From positions 6,481 to 70,480 of the forward strand of contig CAWJGJ010000002.1 in NCBI GenBank assembly GCA_963842395.1: 64,000 nt of DNA, given 5' to 3'. This DNA is from an uncultured Acidimicrobiales bacterium (lineage in GTDB: Bacteria > Actinomycetota > Acidimicrobiia > Acidimicrobiales > VFJN01). The notes beneath the pieces are model-generated. The model was not told the DNA's origin and ran no database searches. It saw only the letters and a program-made list of their open reading frames with translations. The position numbers were made by a program, and so were the translations under genes. Below are positions 34,677-43,691 of this stretch, in pieces; position 1 is the stretch's first letter, and each line of letters opens with the position of its first letter.

Positions 34677-35981
34677 ATGCACCGCAGGTTTGCCCGTACG
34701 GCAGCGTTGGTGAGTGTGACCGTGCTCGTCGCCGCCGCGTGCGGTAGCGACGACGACGGCTCGACGACGGAGGCCCCGGAGGACGCGTCCGGGTCCGGGG
34801 AGCCGGTCACCATCGAGTGGTGGCACATACAGAACAACGACCCTGGCCTCTCGCTGTGGGAGGACATCGCCGCGGAGTTCGAGGCGGAGCACCCGAACGT
34901 CACGGTGGACATCACCGTCTACGAGAACGAGGCGTTCAAGACCGCGGTCGAGCCGCGCCTGCAGGCCGGTGACCCGCCCGACCTGTTCCAGTCGTGGGGT
35001 GGCGGCGAGCTGGCGCAGCAGGTCGACGCCGGCCTCGTGCTGGACATCACGGACGACGTCGAGCCCTGGATCGGCGACCTCAACCAGGGCGCCGTGGGTC
35101 TCTACCAGGTCGACGACGCCCAGTACGGCATCCCGTTCGATCTCGGCATGGTGGGGTTCTGGTACAACACGGACCTCTTTGCCCAGGCCGGCATCGACGA
35201 GCCCCCGGCCACCTGGGACGAGCTGCTCGAGGACGTGCAGACACTCAAGGACGCCGGGATCACGCCGATCTCCGTGGGCATGGGCGACAAGTGGCCCGGC
35301 ATGTTCTGGTGGGCCTACCTCGGGCTGCGCAACGGCGGGGCCGAGGCGTTCCCGGCACCCGGCGACGAGGCCGAGTTCGATAGCGAGCCGTTTGTCGAGG
35401 CCGGTGAGCAGCTCCAGGAGCTGATCGAGCTGGAGCCGTTCCAGGCCGGCCACATGGCCGCCGTGTGGGATGGCGCCGGAGGCCAGGCCGCGACCATGGC
35501 CACCGGGGGCGCGGCGATGATGCTCATGGGGCAATGGGCTCCCGGCACCATGAACGCCAACTCGCCCGACGGCAACGGCCTCGGCGACGCCCTCGGCTGG
35601 TTCCCGTTCCCCGAGGTCGACGGCGGCGACGGCGACCCGACCGACGGCTTCGGCGGCGGCAACGGCTTCGCCGTGGGCGCCGACGTGCCGCCCGAGGCGG
35701 TCGAGTTCCTCGAGTACATCTCGACCCGCGCCATCGCCGACCGGTGGGGCGAGACGAACAGCGGCATCCTGCCCGTCGTGGTCGGCTCGGAGGGCTCGAT
35801 CACCGACCCGAACCTCACCGACGTTCTCGACGCCCGGGCCGAGGCCGACGTCGTGCAGCTCTACCTCGACCAGGCCTACGACCCGGCGTTCGGTGAGGCC
35901 ATCAACGACGCGGTGGAGCTGCTCTACGCGGGGCAGGCGTCTCCCGAGGAGGTCGCCCAGATGATCGCCGGCGCCGCATGA
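34677..35981 (+). CDS. ABC sugar transporter substrate-binding lipoprotein
   Basis: Signal peptide with lipobox (VLVAAAC GSDD). 434 aa extracellular solute-binding family 1-like protein. Confidence 0.85.
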   Translation: MHRRFARTAALVSVTVLVAAACGSDDDGSTTEAPEDASGSGEPVTIEWWHIQNNDPGLSLWEDIAAEFEAEHPNVTVDITVYENEAFKTAVEPRLQAGDPPDLFQSWGGGELAQQVDAGLVLDITDDVEPWIGDLNQGAVGLYQVDDAQYGIPFDLGMVGFWYNTDLFAQAGIDEPPATWDELLEDVQTLKDAGITPISVGMGDKWPGMFWWAYLGLRNGGAEAFPAPGDEAEFDSEPFVEAGEQLQELIELEPFQAGHMAAVWDGAGGQAATMATGGAAMMLMGQWAPGTMNANSPDGNGLGDALGWFPFPEVDGGDGDPTDGFGGGNGFAVGADVPPEAVEFLEYISTRAIADRWGETNSGILPVVVGSEGSITDPNLTDVLDARAEADVVQLYLDQAYDPAFGEAINDAVELLYAGQASPEEVAQMIAGAA

Positions 35982-36091
35982 GGGCCGAGCGAGAGCGTGA
36001 GGAGGCAGGGCTCCGCCCCGGAGCCGGACGTTCGCTCCCGGCCTGGCCATAGGGCCGGGAGCGGCGCGGCCGTGAGGCCGGCGTAGCCGAG

Positions 36092-37123
36092 ATGCCTGCC
36101 CCCGCGGATGCGAGGAGCCCGGTGCCCTTCCTGGACGAGGAGTGGCCGCCGGGCAGCACCGGACCCCCACCCACCCGCCCCGACGCAGCAGCACCACCGA
36201 GCGCCAGGGTGACCGGCCGCGTCGGGGCGGTGTGGCGGAGGCGGGTCACGATCGCCGCCTTCCTGGCGCCGGCGCTGCTGCTTTACCTCGTGCTCGCGCT
36301 GCTGCCGATCTTCCAGGGGGCCTTCTACAGCGGCTTCGACTGGAACGGCCTGGAGCCGCTCGAGAACTTCGTCGGGCTCCAGAACTACCGCGATGCCTTG
36401 GCCGACCCCGTGTTCCTGGCCTCGCTGCGCCACGTCTTCGTGATCCTTGGCATGTCGGTGGTCCTGCAGTTGCCGTTCGCGCTCGGGCTCGCGGTGCTCC
36501 TCAACCAGCGCATGCGGGGACGCGCGCTGTTCAGGCTGCTCTTCTTCCTGCCGTTCGTGCTCTCCGACGTGATCACGGCGATCGTGTGGCGCCTGCTGCT
36601 CCAGCCGGCGGGCCTGCTCGACCGCAGCATGGAATCGGTCGGGATGGGGAGCCTCGTCGAGCTGTGGCTGGCCGACCCCGACGTGGTGCTCTACACCGTC
36701 TTCGTCGTGGTCTCGTGGAAGTACTTCGGCTTCCACATGATCCTCTACCTCGCCGGCCTGCAGCAGATCCCGGCCGAGCTGGAAGAGGCGGCCGCGCTCG
36801 ACGGCGCGAGCCGCGCCCAGATCTTCCGCTACGTGACCCTCCCGCTCCTGGGGCCGACGATCCGGATCTCGGTGTTCCTGTCGATCATTGGGTCGCTGCA
36901 GCTGTTCGACCTGGTCTGGGTGATGACGAACGGCGGGCCGGCAGGCGCCTCGCACACGACCGTGACGTACATGCTCGAACGCGGCTTCGAGCGCTCCCAG
37001 TTCGGTTACGGCAGCGCGGTGGCAGTCATCGCGTTCCTCGTCTCCCTCGCGTTCGCACTCAGCTACCAGCGATTCGTCCTGCGCCGCGACGTCGCCGGCG
37101 CGCTGACCACGATGGGCGGGTGA
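36092..37123 (+). CDS. ABC sugar transporter permease (MalF/UgpA-like)
   Basis: Polytopic protein with the EAA-loop region (EEAAALDGASRAQIFRYVTLP). The start is uncertain: ATG 36092 or GTG near 36209. Confidence 0.8.
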   Translation: MPAPADARSPVPFLDEEWPPGSTGPPPTRPDAAAPPSARVTGRVGAVWRRRVTIAAFLAPALLLYLVLALLPIFQGAFYSGFDWNGLEPLENFVGLQNYRDALADPVFLASLRHVFVILGMSVVLQLPFALGLAVLLNQRMRGRALFRLLFFLPFVLSDVITAIVWRLLLQPAGLLDRSMESVGMGSLVELWLADPDVVLYTVFVVVSWKYFGFHMILYLAGLQQIPAELEEAAALDGASRAQIFRYVTLPLLGPTIRISVFLSIIGSLQLFDLVWVMTNGGPAGASHTTVTYMLERGFERSQFGYGSAVAVIAFLVSLAFALSYQRFVLRRDVAGALTTMGG

Positions 37124-37128
37124 CCAGG

Positions 37129-37995
37129 ATGGCCGTGTCCGCACCCCCCGCCGGTGCCCCCGGCCGGTCGCTCCGGCGGCCGCTGGGGCTGGTGGCGATG
37201 TACGCGATCGCCGCCGGCGTCGTGTTCGTCGTCAGCGTGCCGGTGATCTACGCCGTGCTGGGCGGGTTCCGCACGACCGGTCAGCTGTCGGATCGACCGG
37301 TGAGCCTTCCCGACCCGTGGGTGTTCGACAACTACCGCGAGATCCTCACGTCGAAGACGTTCTGGCTCCAGCTCCGGAACAGCGTCGTCGTGGCCGCCAT
37401 CACGACGGCGGTCGTCGTGCCGTGCGCGTCGATGGCCGCGTTCGTGCTGGCGCGGTTCTCATTCCGGGGGCGCGAGGCCTTCTACGCGCTCTTCACGCTC
37501 GGCCTGCTGTTCCCAGTGACCGTCGCCGTCCTGCCGTTGTTCATCACCGTGCGGGGCGTCGACCTGCTCAACAACCCCCTCGGCGTCGCTCTCCCGCAGG
37601 CAGCCTTCCTCCTGCCGGTGTCGATCATCGTGCTCCGCCCGTTCTTCCGGGCCATCCCGCCCGAGCTCGAGGAGGCGGCGGCGATGGACGGCTGCGGGCC
37701 GTTCCGTTTCTTCTACCGGATCGCGCTGCCGATGTCGCGGCCCGTGCTCGCGACGATCTCGGTGCTCGCCATCGTCCACAGCTGGAACGCGTTCCTGCTT
37801 CCCCTGGTCATACTCGGCGACCCCGACATGTGGACGCTGCCGCTGGGGGTGACGAACTTCTCGACGCAGTACTCGTCCGACACCGCCCGCGTGCTGGCCT
37901 TCACCACGCTCTCGATGGTGCCGGCGCTCGTGTTCTACGTCATCGCCGAGCGCCAGATCGTCAGCGGGCTGGCGTCCGGGGCGCTCAAGGGCTGA
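37129..37995 (+). CDS. ABC sugar transporter permease (MalG/UgpE-like)
   Basis: ATG 37129, 288 aa, EAA loop (LEEAAAMDGCGPFRFFYRIALP). Confidence 0.85.
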   Translation: MAVSAPPAGAPGRSLRRPLGLVAMYAIAAGVVFVVSVPVIYAVLGGFRTTGQLSDRPVSLPDPWVFDNYREILTSKTFWLQLRNSVVVAAITTAVVVPCASMAAFVLARFSFRGREAFYALFTLGLLFPVTVAVLPLFITVRGVDLLNNPLGVALPQAAFLLPVSIIVLRPFFRAIPPELEEAAAMDGCGPFRFFYRIALPMSRPVLATISVLAIVHSWNAFLLPLVILGDPDMWTLPLGVTNFSTQYSSDTARVLAFTTLSMVPALVFYVIAERQIVSGLASGALKG

Positions 37996-38220
37996 CGGAC
38001 GGTCGTCGAGACTCGCAGGTGCACCCGGTGCGCCGGCGCCGAGGGGGAGGCACCGTGGCCGAGCGGATGGTCGAGGCAAACAGGTCGAGCTGTGCACCGA
38101 GGCGTTCGGCGACGGCAGGTCTGTCCGGGGCGATCACGGACGCGCTGGCCAGCCCCGACGGGCACGCGGCGGGCACGGAGGCCATCGGGCGGGGCGACGA
38201 CGGCCCCGGGACGCGCATCA

Positions 38221-38243
38221 GGGGCCTCCGAAGAGGCCCCTGA
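38221..38243. terminator. GC-rich hairpin GGGGCCTC-CGAA-GAGGCCCC
   Basis: Perfect 8-bp stem immediately 3' of tRNA-Gly on the minus strand, and downstream of the permease gene on the plus strand. Confidence 0.4.
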
Positions 38244-38256
38244 CCTGGGATTTGTG

Positions 38257-38332
38257 TGGAGCGGACGACGGGATTCGAACCCGCGACCCTCACCTTGGCA
38301 AGGTGATGCTCTACCAGCTGAGCCACGTCCGC
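38257..38332 (-). tRNA. tRNA-Gly (anticodon GCC)
   Basis: The reverse complement GCGGACGTGGCTCAGCTGGTAGAGCATCACCTTGCCAAGGTGAGGGTCGCGGGTTCGAATCCCGTCGTCCGCTCCA folds as a cloverleaf. The anticodon loop is TTGCCAA and CCA is encoded. Confidence 0.9.
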
Positions 38333-38385
38333 GTGGGGCCAACACCATAGCAAGGTCGCCGGGCGCCCCCACCAGCGCGGCGGCG

Positions 38386-39762
38386 TCAGCCCGGCGGGGG
38401 TGGAACCGGCGGCGGCGGTGCCGCGGACGGCGGCGGTGCGGGGTCGAATCCGCCCTGGGCGTGGCGGATCCGCTGCGCCATCTCGACGGCGAGGCCCCGG
38501 TCACCGATGCGCTCGAGCACCTCGTGACGGTCGCCCGTCACGAATGTGAGCGCCGCGGTGCGGTCGTCCTGCCAGCCATGGACAGCCAGGTCGGCGTCGA
38601 CCGGGACGACCACCACCTCCGGCTTCCACTGACGCTCGTTCACCAGCACAACCTTGCCCTCGACCAGGGCGGCGACGGCCGCCTCACCCCGGAATCGACC
38701 CTGGACGAGGACGGCAACCACCTCGCTCTCGTCGAGCACCGTGGCGAGCACCGCCAGCGCCACCTTGCCCGCCCGGCGAGCACCGCCGCCGAGCCGGCTG
38801 ACGGACAGGCCCAATGCATGCGGGTCGACCACCACGGGACCGGGGGGCGGGCCGAAGCCCGCAGGACCCGCATATCCGGCCGGGCCGGCCGGGGGCGGAC
38901 TCGTGGCGGGCGGCGCGCCAGGCGGCGGCGCAGTGGGCAGCACGGCACCCGGCAGCGGACCGGGCGGCACCGCCCCGGGATCGTACGAAGCGCCCGGGGG
39001 CGGCGGGCCGCCGGCGGGGACGCCCGTGGGCGGAGGCGCGCTCTCGGGTGGTCCACCCGCGGCCGGCCACGGCGGCGTCGGTGTGAGCTGCCACGGCGGC
39101 TCGGCCGGAGCCGCGTCCGGCGACTCCGCCGCCGGCACGTCGAGTGCGGACTCCCCGGGGATCGCCTCGCCGGGCTCCTGATCTGCCTCCGACGGACCCG
39201 CGGGCGCTGGTGGAGCCGGCGGGGGTGGCGGCGGGGCGGGCACCGCGTCGCCAGGAGCGGGGGGCGGTACTGCGTCGGGACCGGTCCACTCACCGGGCGG
39301 CGGCGGAGGCGCGGGAGTGCCCGTCCCCGCCCACTCCCCCGGCGGCGGAGGCGCAGAGGTGCCCGTCCCCGCCCACTCCCCCGGCGGCGGAGGCGCGGGC
39401 GTACTCGTTCCTGCCCACTCCCCCGGCGGCGGAGGCGCAGGAGTGCCCGTCCCCGCCCACTCCCCCGGCGGCGGAGGCGCGGGCGTGCCCGTTCCTGCCC
39501 ACTCGCCCGGCGGCGGAGGCGCGGGCGTGCCCGTTCCTGCCCACTCCCCGGGCGGCGGAGGCGCAGGGGTGCCCGTCCCCGCCGGGTCGCCGGACGGCGG
39601 AGGCGCAGCGGTGCCAGCCGTCGCCCACTCCCCCGACGACGGCGCAGGAGGGGGCTGCGAAGGAGCGGGGCCGGCGGGCCCGGACTCCGGGGCGTCGGGT
39701 GACGGGGGCCGGTCGTCGTCGGCCTCTGCGTCGGCCTCTGCGCTGTCGTTCTCGTCGCTCAC
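38386..39762 (-). CDS. proline-rich tandem-repeat protein with a C-terminal PH-like globular domain
   Basis: GTG 39762 after AAGGAA. Acidic N-terminus, about seven copies of the GEWAGTGTPAPPPP repeat, then a roughly 120 aa beta-rich domain that resembles bacterial PH domains (low confidence). Confidence 0.55.
   Translation of the reverse strand: MSDENDSAEADAEADDDRPPSPDAPESGPAGPAPSQPPPAPSSGEWATAGTAAPPPSGDPAGTGTPAPPPPGEWAGTGTPAPPPPGEWAGTGTPAPPPPGEWAGTGTPAPPPPGEWAGTSTPAPPPPGEWAGTGTSAPPPPGEWAGTGTPAPPPPPGEWTGPDAVPPPAPGDAVPAPPPPPPAPPAPAGPSEADQEPGEAIPGESALDVPAAESPDAAPAEPPWQLTPTPPWPAAGGPPESAPPPTGVPAGGPPPPGASYDPGAVPPGPLPGAVLPTAPPPGAPPATSPPPAGPAGYAGPAGFGPPPGPVVVDPHALGLSVSRLGGGARRAGKVALAVLATVLDESEVVAVLVQGRFRGEAAVAALVEGKVVLVNERQWKPEVVVVPVDADLAVHGWQDDRTAALTFVTGDRHEVLERIGDRGLAVEMAQRIRHAQGGFDPAPPPSAAPPPPVPPPPG
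39283..39600. repeat. 42-bp tandem repeat array (about 7 copies, in-frame)
   Basis: Repeated unit CCCACTCCCCCGGCGGCGGAGGCGC.GG.GTGCCCGT.CC.G with a few substitutions per copy. It encodes the 14-aa GEWAGTGTPAPPPP units on the minus strand. Confidence 0.85.
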
Positions 39763-39877
39763 GTCGATTTCCTTCTGCCGTCCCACGGACGCCCTCACCG
39801 AACGGGTCACGCTACTGCGTGGACGACCCGGCGAAGTGTGCCATCGACCGCCTGTTCTCTTGTCGCCCCCCGACGTC

Positions 39878-40486
39878 CTACTCGGCCGCCAACGCCCTCG
39901 CCAGGAGGGCGGCACCGGTGGCGGAGAAGGGCAGGTCGCCTGCGGCGGCCAGCGCCGCGGGGCTCATCTTCGCCGCCGTCTTGCGCAGGATGTCGACGAT
40001 CTTGTCATCGTCGTCGAGCTGGGCCACGAGGTCGTCGAACTGGGTCTCGAGGAAGACGAGGCAGAGCGCGTCCTCGTGCACCTGTACGGCGGGGTCGCGG
40101 CCCAGGCCCTGCTTGCGAACGATGGCCTGCACGCGGGCGACGGCCGCCTCGTCGTAGCCCGCGGCGCTCATGATCGACGCCACGTCCGCGGCGTGCTGGC
40201 GGCGAAGGGCGGACCGCCAGCGCAGGTAGCCGGCCCGGTCGCGCGGGTAGCTGTCGCGCGGCAGGCTCCAGCGGCGCAGGTGGTGGGCCCGGGCCGCGAT
40301 GAGCTGCTCGTCGCCGCACCCCGGAGCGAGGACCTGTACCCACCGGGTCATCATCTCGGCGTGGGCCTGCTCCTTCGGGCGCTCGCGACCGTCGACCACG
40401 ATCGTGTGCGGATCGTCGGCGTTGGCCGCGTCGATGGCGGCCAGCGCCGACTGCAGCCGGTCGGGCGCGGCGACGGGGATGTCCAT
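39878..40486 (-). CDS. DUF4202-like protein
   Basis: 202 aa. AHHLRRW..PR..YP..RAGYLRWR..L...HA resembles DUF4202 as I recall it. Confidence 0.6.
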   Translation of the reverse strand: MDIPVAAPDRLQSALAAIDAANADDPHTIVVDGRERPKEQAHAEMMTRWVQVLAPGCGDEQLIAARAHHLRRWSLPRDSYPRDRAGYLRWRSALRRQHAADVASIMSAAGYDEAAVARVQAIVRKQGLGRDPAVQVHEDALCLVFLETQFDDLVAQLDDDDKIVDILRKTAAKMSPAALAAAGDLPFSATGAALLARALAAE

Positions 40487-40574
40487 CGCGACAGCCTCGC
40501 GCCGACGCGACCAGGTCGCGGACCGCGTCGGCGGACCGACCGACCTCGGCGGGTCGACCGCGCTCGGCGGGCCC

Positions 40575-41231
40575 TCAGTACCCCTCCCGGAACATCAGGC
40601 TGATCCTGGCGCCGGCCGCCGCGCACTTGGGCACCGCGTGCTGCCAGGTGCGTTGGCAGGTGCCGCCCAGCACCACCAGGTCGCCGGCTGCCGGCGTCAG
40701 GCGCACCGACCGCCCGCCGCCGGCGGGGCGCAGGAGGAACCGCCGGGCGGCGCCCAGCGACACGATGGCGACGACGGTGTGCGCCCGCTGCCGGCCCACC
40801 CGGTCGCCGTGCCAGGCCACGCTGTCGTGCCCGTCGCGGTAGAGGTTGGCCGACACGGTGGAGAGGTCGCAGCCGTAGCGGGCCGACAGGGCCGCGGCCA
40901 TGGCCGGAACCGGCGGAGGCGGATCGACCCAGTGGCGCGTCGTCAGGCGGGGTTCGGGCACCACGCGGTCGTACATCGGGCGCTCGTGAGCCGACCACGC
41001 CGCTGCCTCGACCACCGCGACGAACAGGCGGTCGGCCCCCGCGACCCATCCCGCCAGCACGTCGACCCAGGCACCCGACCCCAGGTCGCGCCGCCGCAGG
41101 CCCGTGAGCGACGGGTCGAACGCCGGGTTGCCGTCACCCAGGAGCGACGGCTGCCAGGTCGGGGCCACGGAGCCGAGGATATCGCCGAGGCACCCGGCAT
41201 GCGAACGTGTGTACGGTGGTGGGGTGTGCAC
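40575..41231 (-). CDS. alkB: alpha-ketoglutarate-dependent dioxygenase AlkB
   Basis: NLYRDGHDSVAWHGDR (HxD) and RTWQHAVPK (distal His), with a 2OG-Fe(II) jelly-roll length of about 215 aa. Confidence 0.8.
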   Translation of the reverse strand: MHTPPPYTRSHAGCLGDILGSVAPTWQPSLLGDGNPAFDPSLTGLRRRDLGSGAWVDVLAGWVAGADRLFVAVVEAAAWSAHERPMYDRVVPEPRLTTRHWVDPPPPVPAMAAALSARYGCDLSTVSANLYRDGHDSVAWHGDRVGRQRAHTVVAIVSLGAARRFLLRPAGGGRSVRLTPAAGDLVVLGGTCQRTWQHAVPKCAAAGARISLMFREGY

Positions 41232-41283
41232 AGTCGGAGCCCCGCCCCGCGAGCCAGATCAGGGGAATCAGCAGATCAGCGGA

Positions 41284-41526
41284 TCAGCCCGACGACTCCG
41301 CCTCGGCCGCCGGCGGGCGCAGGTCGACGCGCAGCACGAGCACGCCGTCCTCGATGCTGGCGGCGGCGTCGCCGATGATGGCGAAGTCCTGGAAGTCGGT
41401 CTCGGCCTGGCGGATGAACCGCAGTCGCTCCTCGCCCGCGACGGGCGGCAGCGTGCGACTACGGACCGCGTGGGCGCGGTCGCGGAAGCGCTGGATCATC
41501 GCGTCGACGTCGAGCGAGTCGGCCAT
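41284..41526 (-). CDS. small hypothetical protein
   Basis: 80 aa from ATG 41526 with coding-like GC3. No motif recognised. Confidence 0.4.
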   Translation of the reverse strand: MADSLDVDAMIQRFRDRAHAVRSRTLPPVAGEERLRFIRQAETDFQDFAIIGDAAASIEDGVLVLRVDLRPPAAEAESSG

Positions 41527-41556
41527 GCACCGCACGGTACCGGACCTCGCGGGGCC

Positions 41557-42702
41557 TCAGCGGCGCCGGGGATTGCCCCACATGTCGACGTCGCGATCGT
41601 GCGCGTACGGCGCACCGCCTGCGGCCGGAGGGGTGCGCCCCGGTGCGGTCGGCGCTCCCCGCCCGGTGGTTCCGCCGCGCCGGACATCGGGCCCGGAGCC
41701 GCCACCGCGGCGACCGTCGGGCGCCGGGCGCCGGGCGCCCGATGGCCCCCCACGTCCCCCGGGGCCTCCCGGCATGCCACCCGGGCCTCGCGCCGGCCGC
41801 GGCCCCGGCGCGGGCGCCGGCGTTCCGGGCCCTGTGCCCGGCTGCCCCCAGAACGGATCGTCGGCGCCACCGGGGGCGCCCGGGCTGCGGCCAGGGCTCG
41901 ACCGACCACCCCCCGCTGCCGGCGGCCGTCCGCGGCCACCCCGCGACCCGTCGCCGGCCGGCGGTCGGGCGCGGGCGGGGCCCCGTGGCGGCCCGCCGCG
42001 GCGACCGGCCGGCACCGGACCGCCCGGCAGGTCCGGGCGGCCACCCGGCTCGAGGCCCTCGTCGTCGTCGAAGGTGAGCCCCGGGCGGGTGAGCAGCCAG
42101 TAGCGCCAGGTCAGGAGCGCGACGAGCACGCCCACGCCGGCGAGCGCGGCGATGATCATCCAGATCGTGCGACTCTCGTCCTCGGCGTCGCTGCCGTCGG
42201 ACGCCGCCGGGGCTGCGGTCGTGGTCGTGGTGGCCTGGACGCCCGACAGGCCGTTGCCCGGCACCAGGAGGTTGGCGTTGGTGGTGAAGGTCATGCCGCT
42301 CGGCGCCTGGGCGGACACCAGGTCGGCGGCACCGGCCTGCTCTTCCTCGGTGGCCTCCCCCCCGTCGCCGCCATCGCCACCCCCGCTGTCGCCGCCACCG
42401 TCGGGCGGCGGCGGCGCGGTCTGCTGCACCGGCGGCTGCGTCGCGGGCGGGGTCGTCGGCGGACGCGGCCGCGTCGTCTGCGGGGTGGAGGTGGTGACCG
42501 ACGTCGCTGGCGTGGTCGTCGGCGTCGACGTCGTGACCGTCGGGTCCGGGCCGCCCTCCTGCGCCTCGACGGGTGATCGTGAGCCCAGCAGGACCCCGAC
42601 GAGGACGAACGCCGCGGCGGCCGCCCACGAGAACCGCCGTCGCGCGGGCCCTCCCGCGGTCCTACCCGCCTCTGTTCGTCTGCCGTCGAGCATCCACTCC
42701 AC
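41557..42702 (-). CDS. low-complexity membrane-anchored protein (Thr/Pro-rich ectodomain, Gly/Pro/Arg-rich tail)
   Basis: N-terminal hydrophobic segment (AAAAAFVLVGVLLG), a TTSTPTTTP region, a second TM helix (IWMIIAALAGVGVLVALLTW), then a G/P/R-rich tail. Confidence 0.5.
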   Translation of the reverse strand: MEWMLDGRRTEAGRTAGGPARRRFSWAAAAAFVLVGVLLGSRSPVEAQEGGPDPTVTTSTPTTTPATSVTTSTPQTTRPRPPTTPPATQPPVQQTAPPPPDGGGDSGGGDGGDGGEATEEEQAGAADLVSAQAPSGMTFTTNANLLVPGNGLSGVQATTTTTAAPAASDGSDAEDESRTIWMIIAALAGVGVLVALLTWRYWLLTRPGLTFDDDEGLEPGGRPDLPGGPVPAGRRGGPPRGPARARPPAGDGSRGGRGRPPAAGGGRSSPGRSPGAPGGADDPFWGQPGTGPGTPAPAPGPRPARGPGGMPGGPGGRGGPSGARRPAPDGRRGGGSGPDVRRGGTTGRGAPTAPGRTPPAAGGAPYAHDRDVDMWGNPRRR

Positions 42703-42833
42703 CTTGTCGGCCCCCAGCCGGATCGAATGCTACCCGCGGCGCCGGTGCCGACTGTAGGACGCCTGACCTCGCTACGTGAACCACCCGCGCGCACCGACAG
42801 TGACGGGCGCCACACCCGGGTGGGCCCGCCCGC

Positions 42834-43649
42834 TCATCGCTGGTGCCGCGGGCAGCTCACCGTCGTGCGGCCGCCGATCCGCCGGCGGGTGAGCGGCGTG
42901 CCGTCGCGGGGGCACAGCCCGTCGATCGCCGCGGCCTGGCGCACGTCGCCGGTGTGGCTGCCACCCCGGGCCATCAGGTCGGCGAGCACCTCACCGATCG
43001 CCTCGTGCAGCCGGGCGCGCTCGTCCCCGGCGAGACCGCCGGCGGCGCGTGCCGGATCGAGGCCCGCGCGCCACAGGATCTCGTCGGCCAGGAGGTTGCC
43101 GATGCCGGCGATGCGCGCCTGGTCCATGAGGCGGGCCTTGAGCGGTGCGGTGCTGGTGCCGAGCGCGGCGGTGACCTCGTCGAGGCTCGCCGTCAGCGCG
43201 TCGACGCCGAGGCGGCTCTCGTCGGGATCGAGCGACACGCCGCCGAGCCGGCGGGGATCGCGGATGCGGAGATCGGTACCGTCGCCGAAGCGCAGCGTGA
43301 ACCGGTCCCACGCGGCGACGTCGCGAGCGCTCGAGTACTCGAGGCGGTCGATCGAGGCCCGGCCGTCGACGATCAGCCGCCCGGTCATCCCGAACCGGAG
43401 TCCCAGCCGCGTGAACCCGTCGTCGCCCCGGTCGTCGCCACCGTCAGCGCCGCCGGCGAGGTCGAGCACGAGCAGCTTGCCGTGACGGCGGGCGGCCGCG
43501 ACGCGCCGCCCGACGACCGCCTCGACCACCTCGCCCGGCTCGCTGCCCTTCACGAACCAGGCGTCGGGCGCGTCGACGGCCGCCACGGTGCGACCCACGA
43601 CGCGGGCCGCCTGGCGACGGTAGGTCTCGACTTCGAGCAGCTCGGGCAC
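42834..43649 (-). CDS. Fpg/Nei family DNA glycosylase/AP lyase
   Basis: N-terminal MPELLEVE (catalytic Pro2/Glu3), the H2TH region, and a C-terminal zinc finger C-PRDG..-C-PRHQ. Confidence 0.85.
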   Translation of the reverse strand: MPELLEVETYRRQAARVVGRTVAAVDAPDAWFVKGSEPGEVVEAVVGRRVAAARRHGKLLVLDLAGGADGGDDRGDDGFTRLGLRFGMTGRLIVDGRASIDRLEYSSARDVAAWDRFTLRFGDGTDLRIRDPRRLGGVSLDPDESRLGVDALTASLDEVTAALGTSTAPLKARLMDQARIAGIGNLLADEILWRAGLDPARAAGGLAGDERARLHEAIGEVLADLMARGGSHTGDVRQAAAIDGLCPRDGTPLTRRRIGGRTTVSCPRHQR

Positions 43650-43691
43650 GGCGGTGGCGCGACCTGGGGAGCGGGCGACCGGCGACCCGGC

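Noticed and set aside
29242-38256. I considered calling the att-bracketed segment an intact integrative (AICE/ICE-like) element.
   Set aside because: It has no replication, transfer (FtsK/Tra-like), excisionase or intact integrase genes. Its cargo is ordinary sugar catabolism. At best it is a decayed island, so only the repeats and the integrase remnant are reported.
39283-39600. Regular 42-bp repeats considered as a possible CRISPR array.
   Set aside because: The repeats are contiguous with no unique spacers. They are in-frame within a coding sequence and encode a 14-aa peptide repeat. No cas genes are nearby.
38092-40603. Plus-strand Arg-rich ORFs (38092..39702, 39144..40157, 39317..40603) over the proline-repeat gene and the DUF4202 gene.
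   Set aside because: They are antisense or out-of-frame images of Pro/Gly-rich coding sequence, containing runs such as RRRRRG or GGGGAGVPVPAHSPGGGG, and have no independent support.
41104-42815. Multiple overlapping ORFs in all frames around 41.1-42.8 kb.
   Set aside because: Only the minus-strand frame 41557..42702 has a signal or TM-like segment and a coherent domain order. The others are low-complexity frame shadows.
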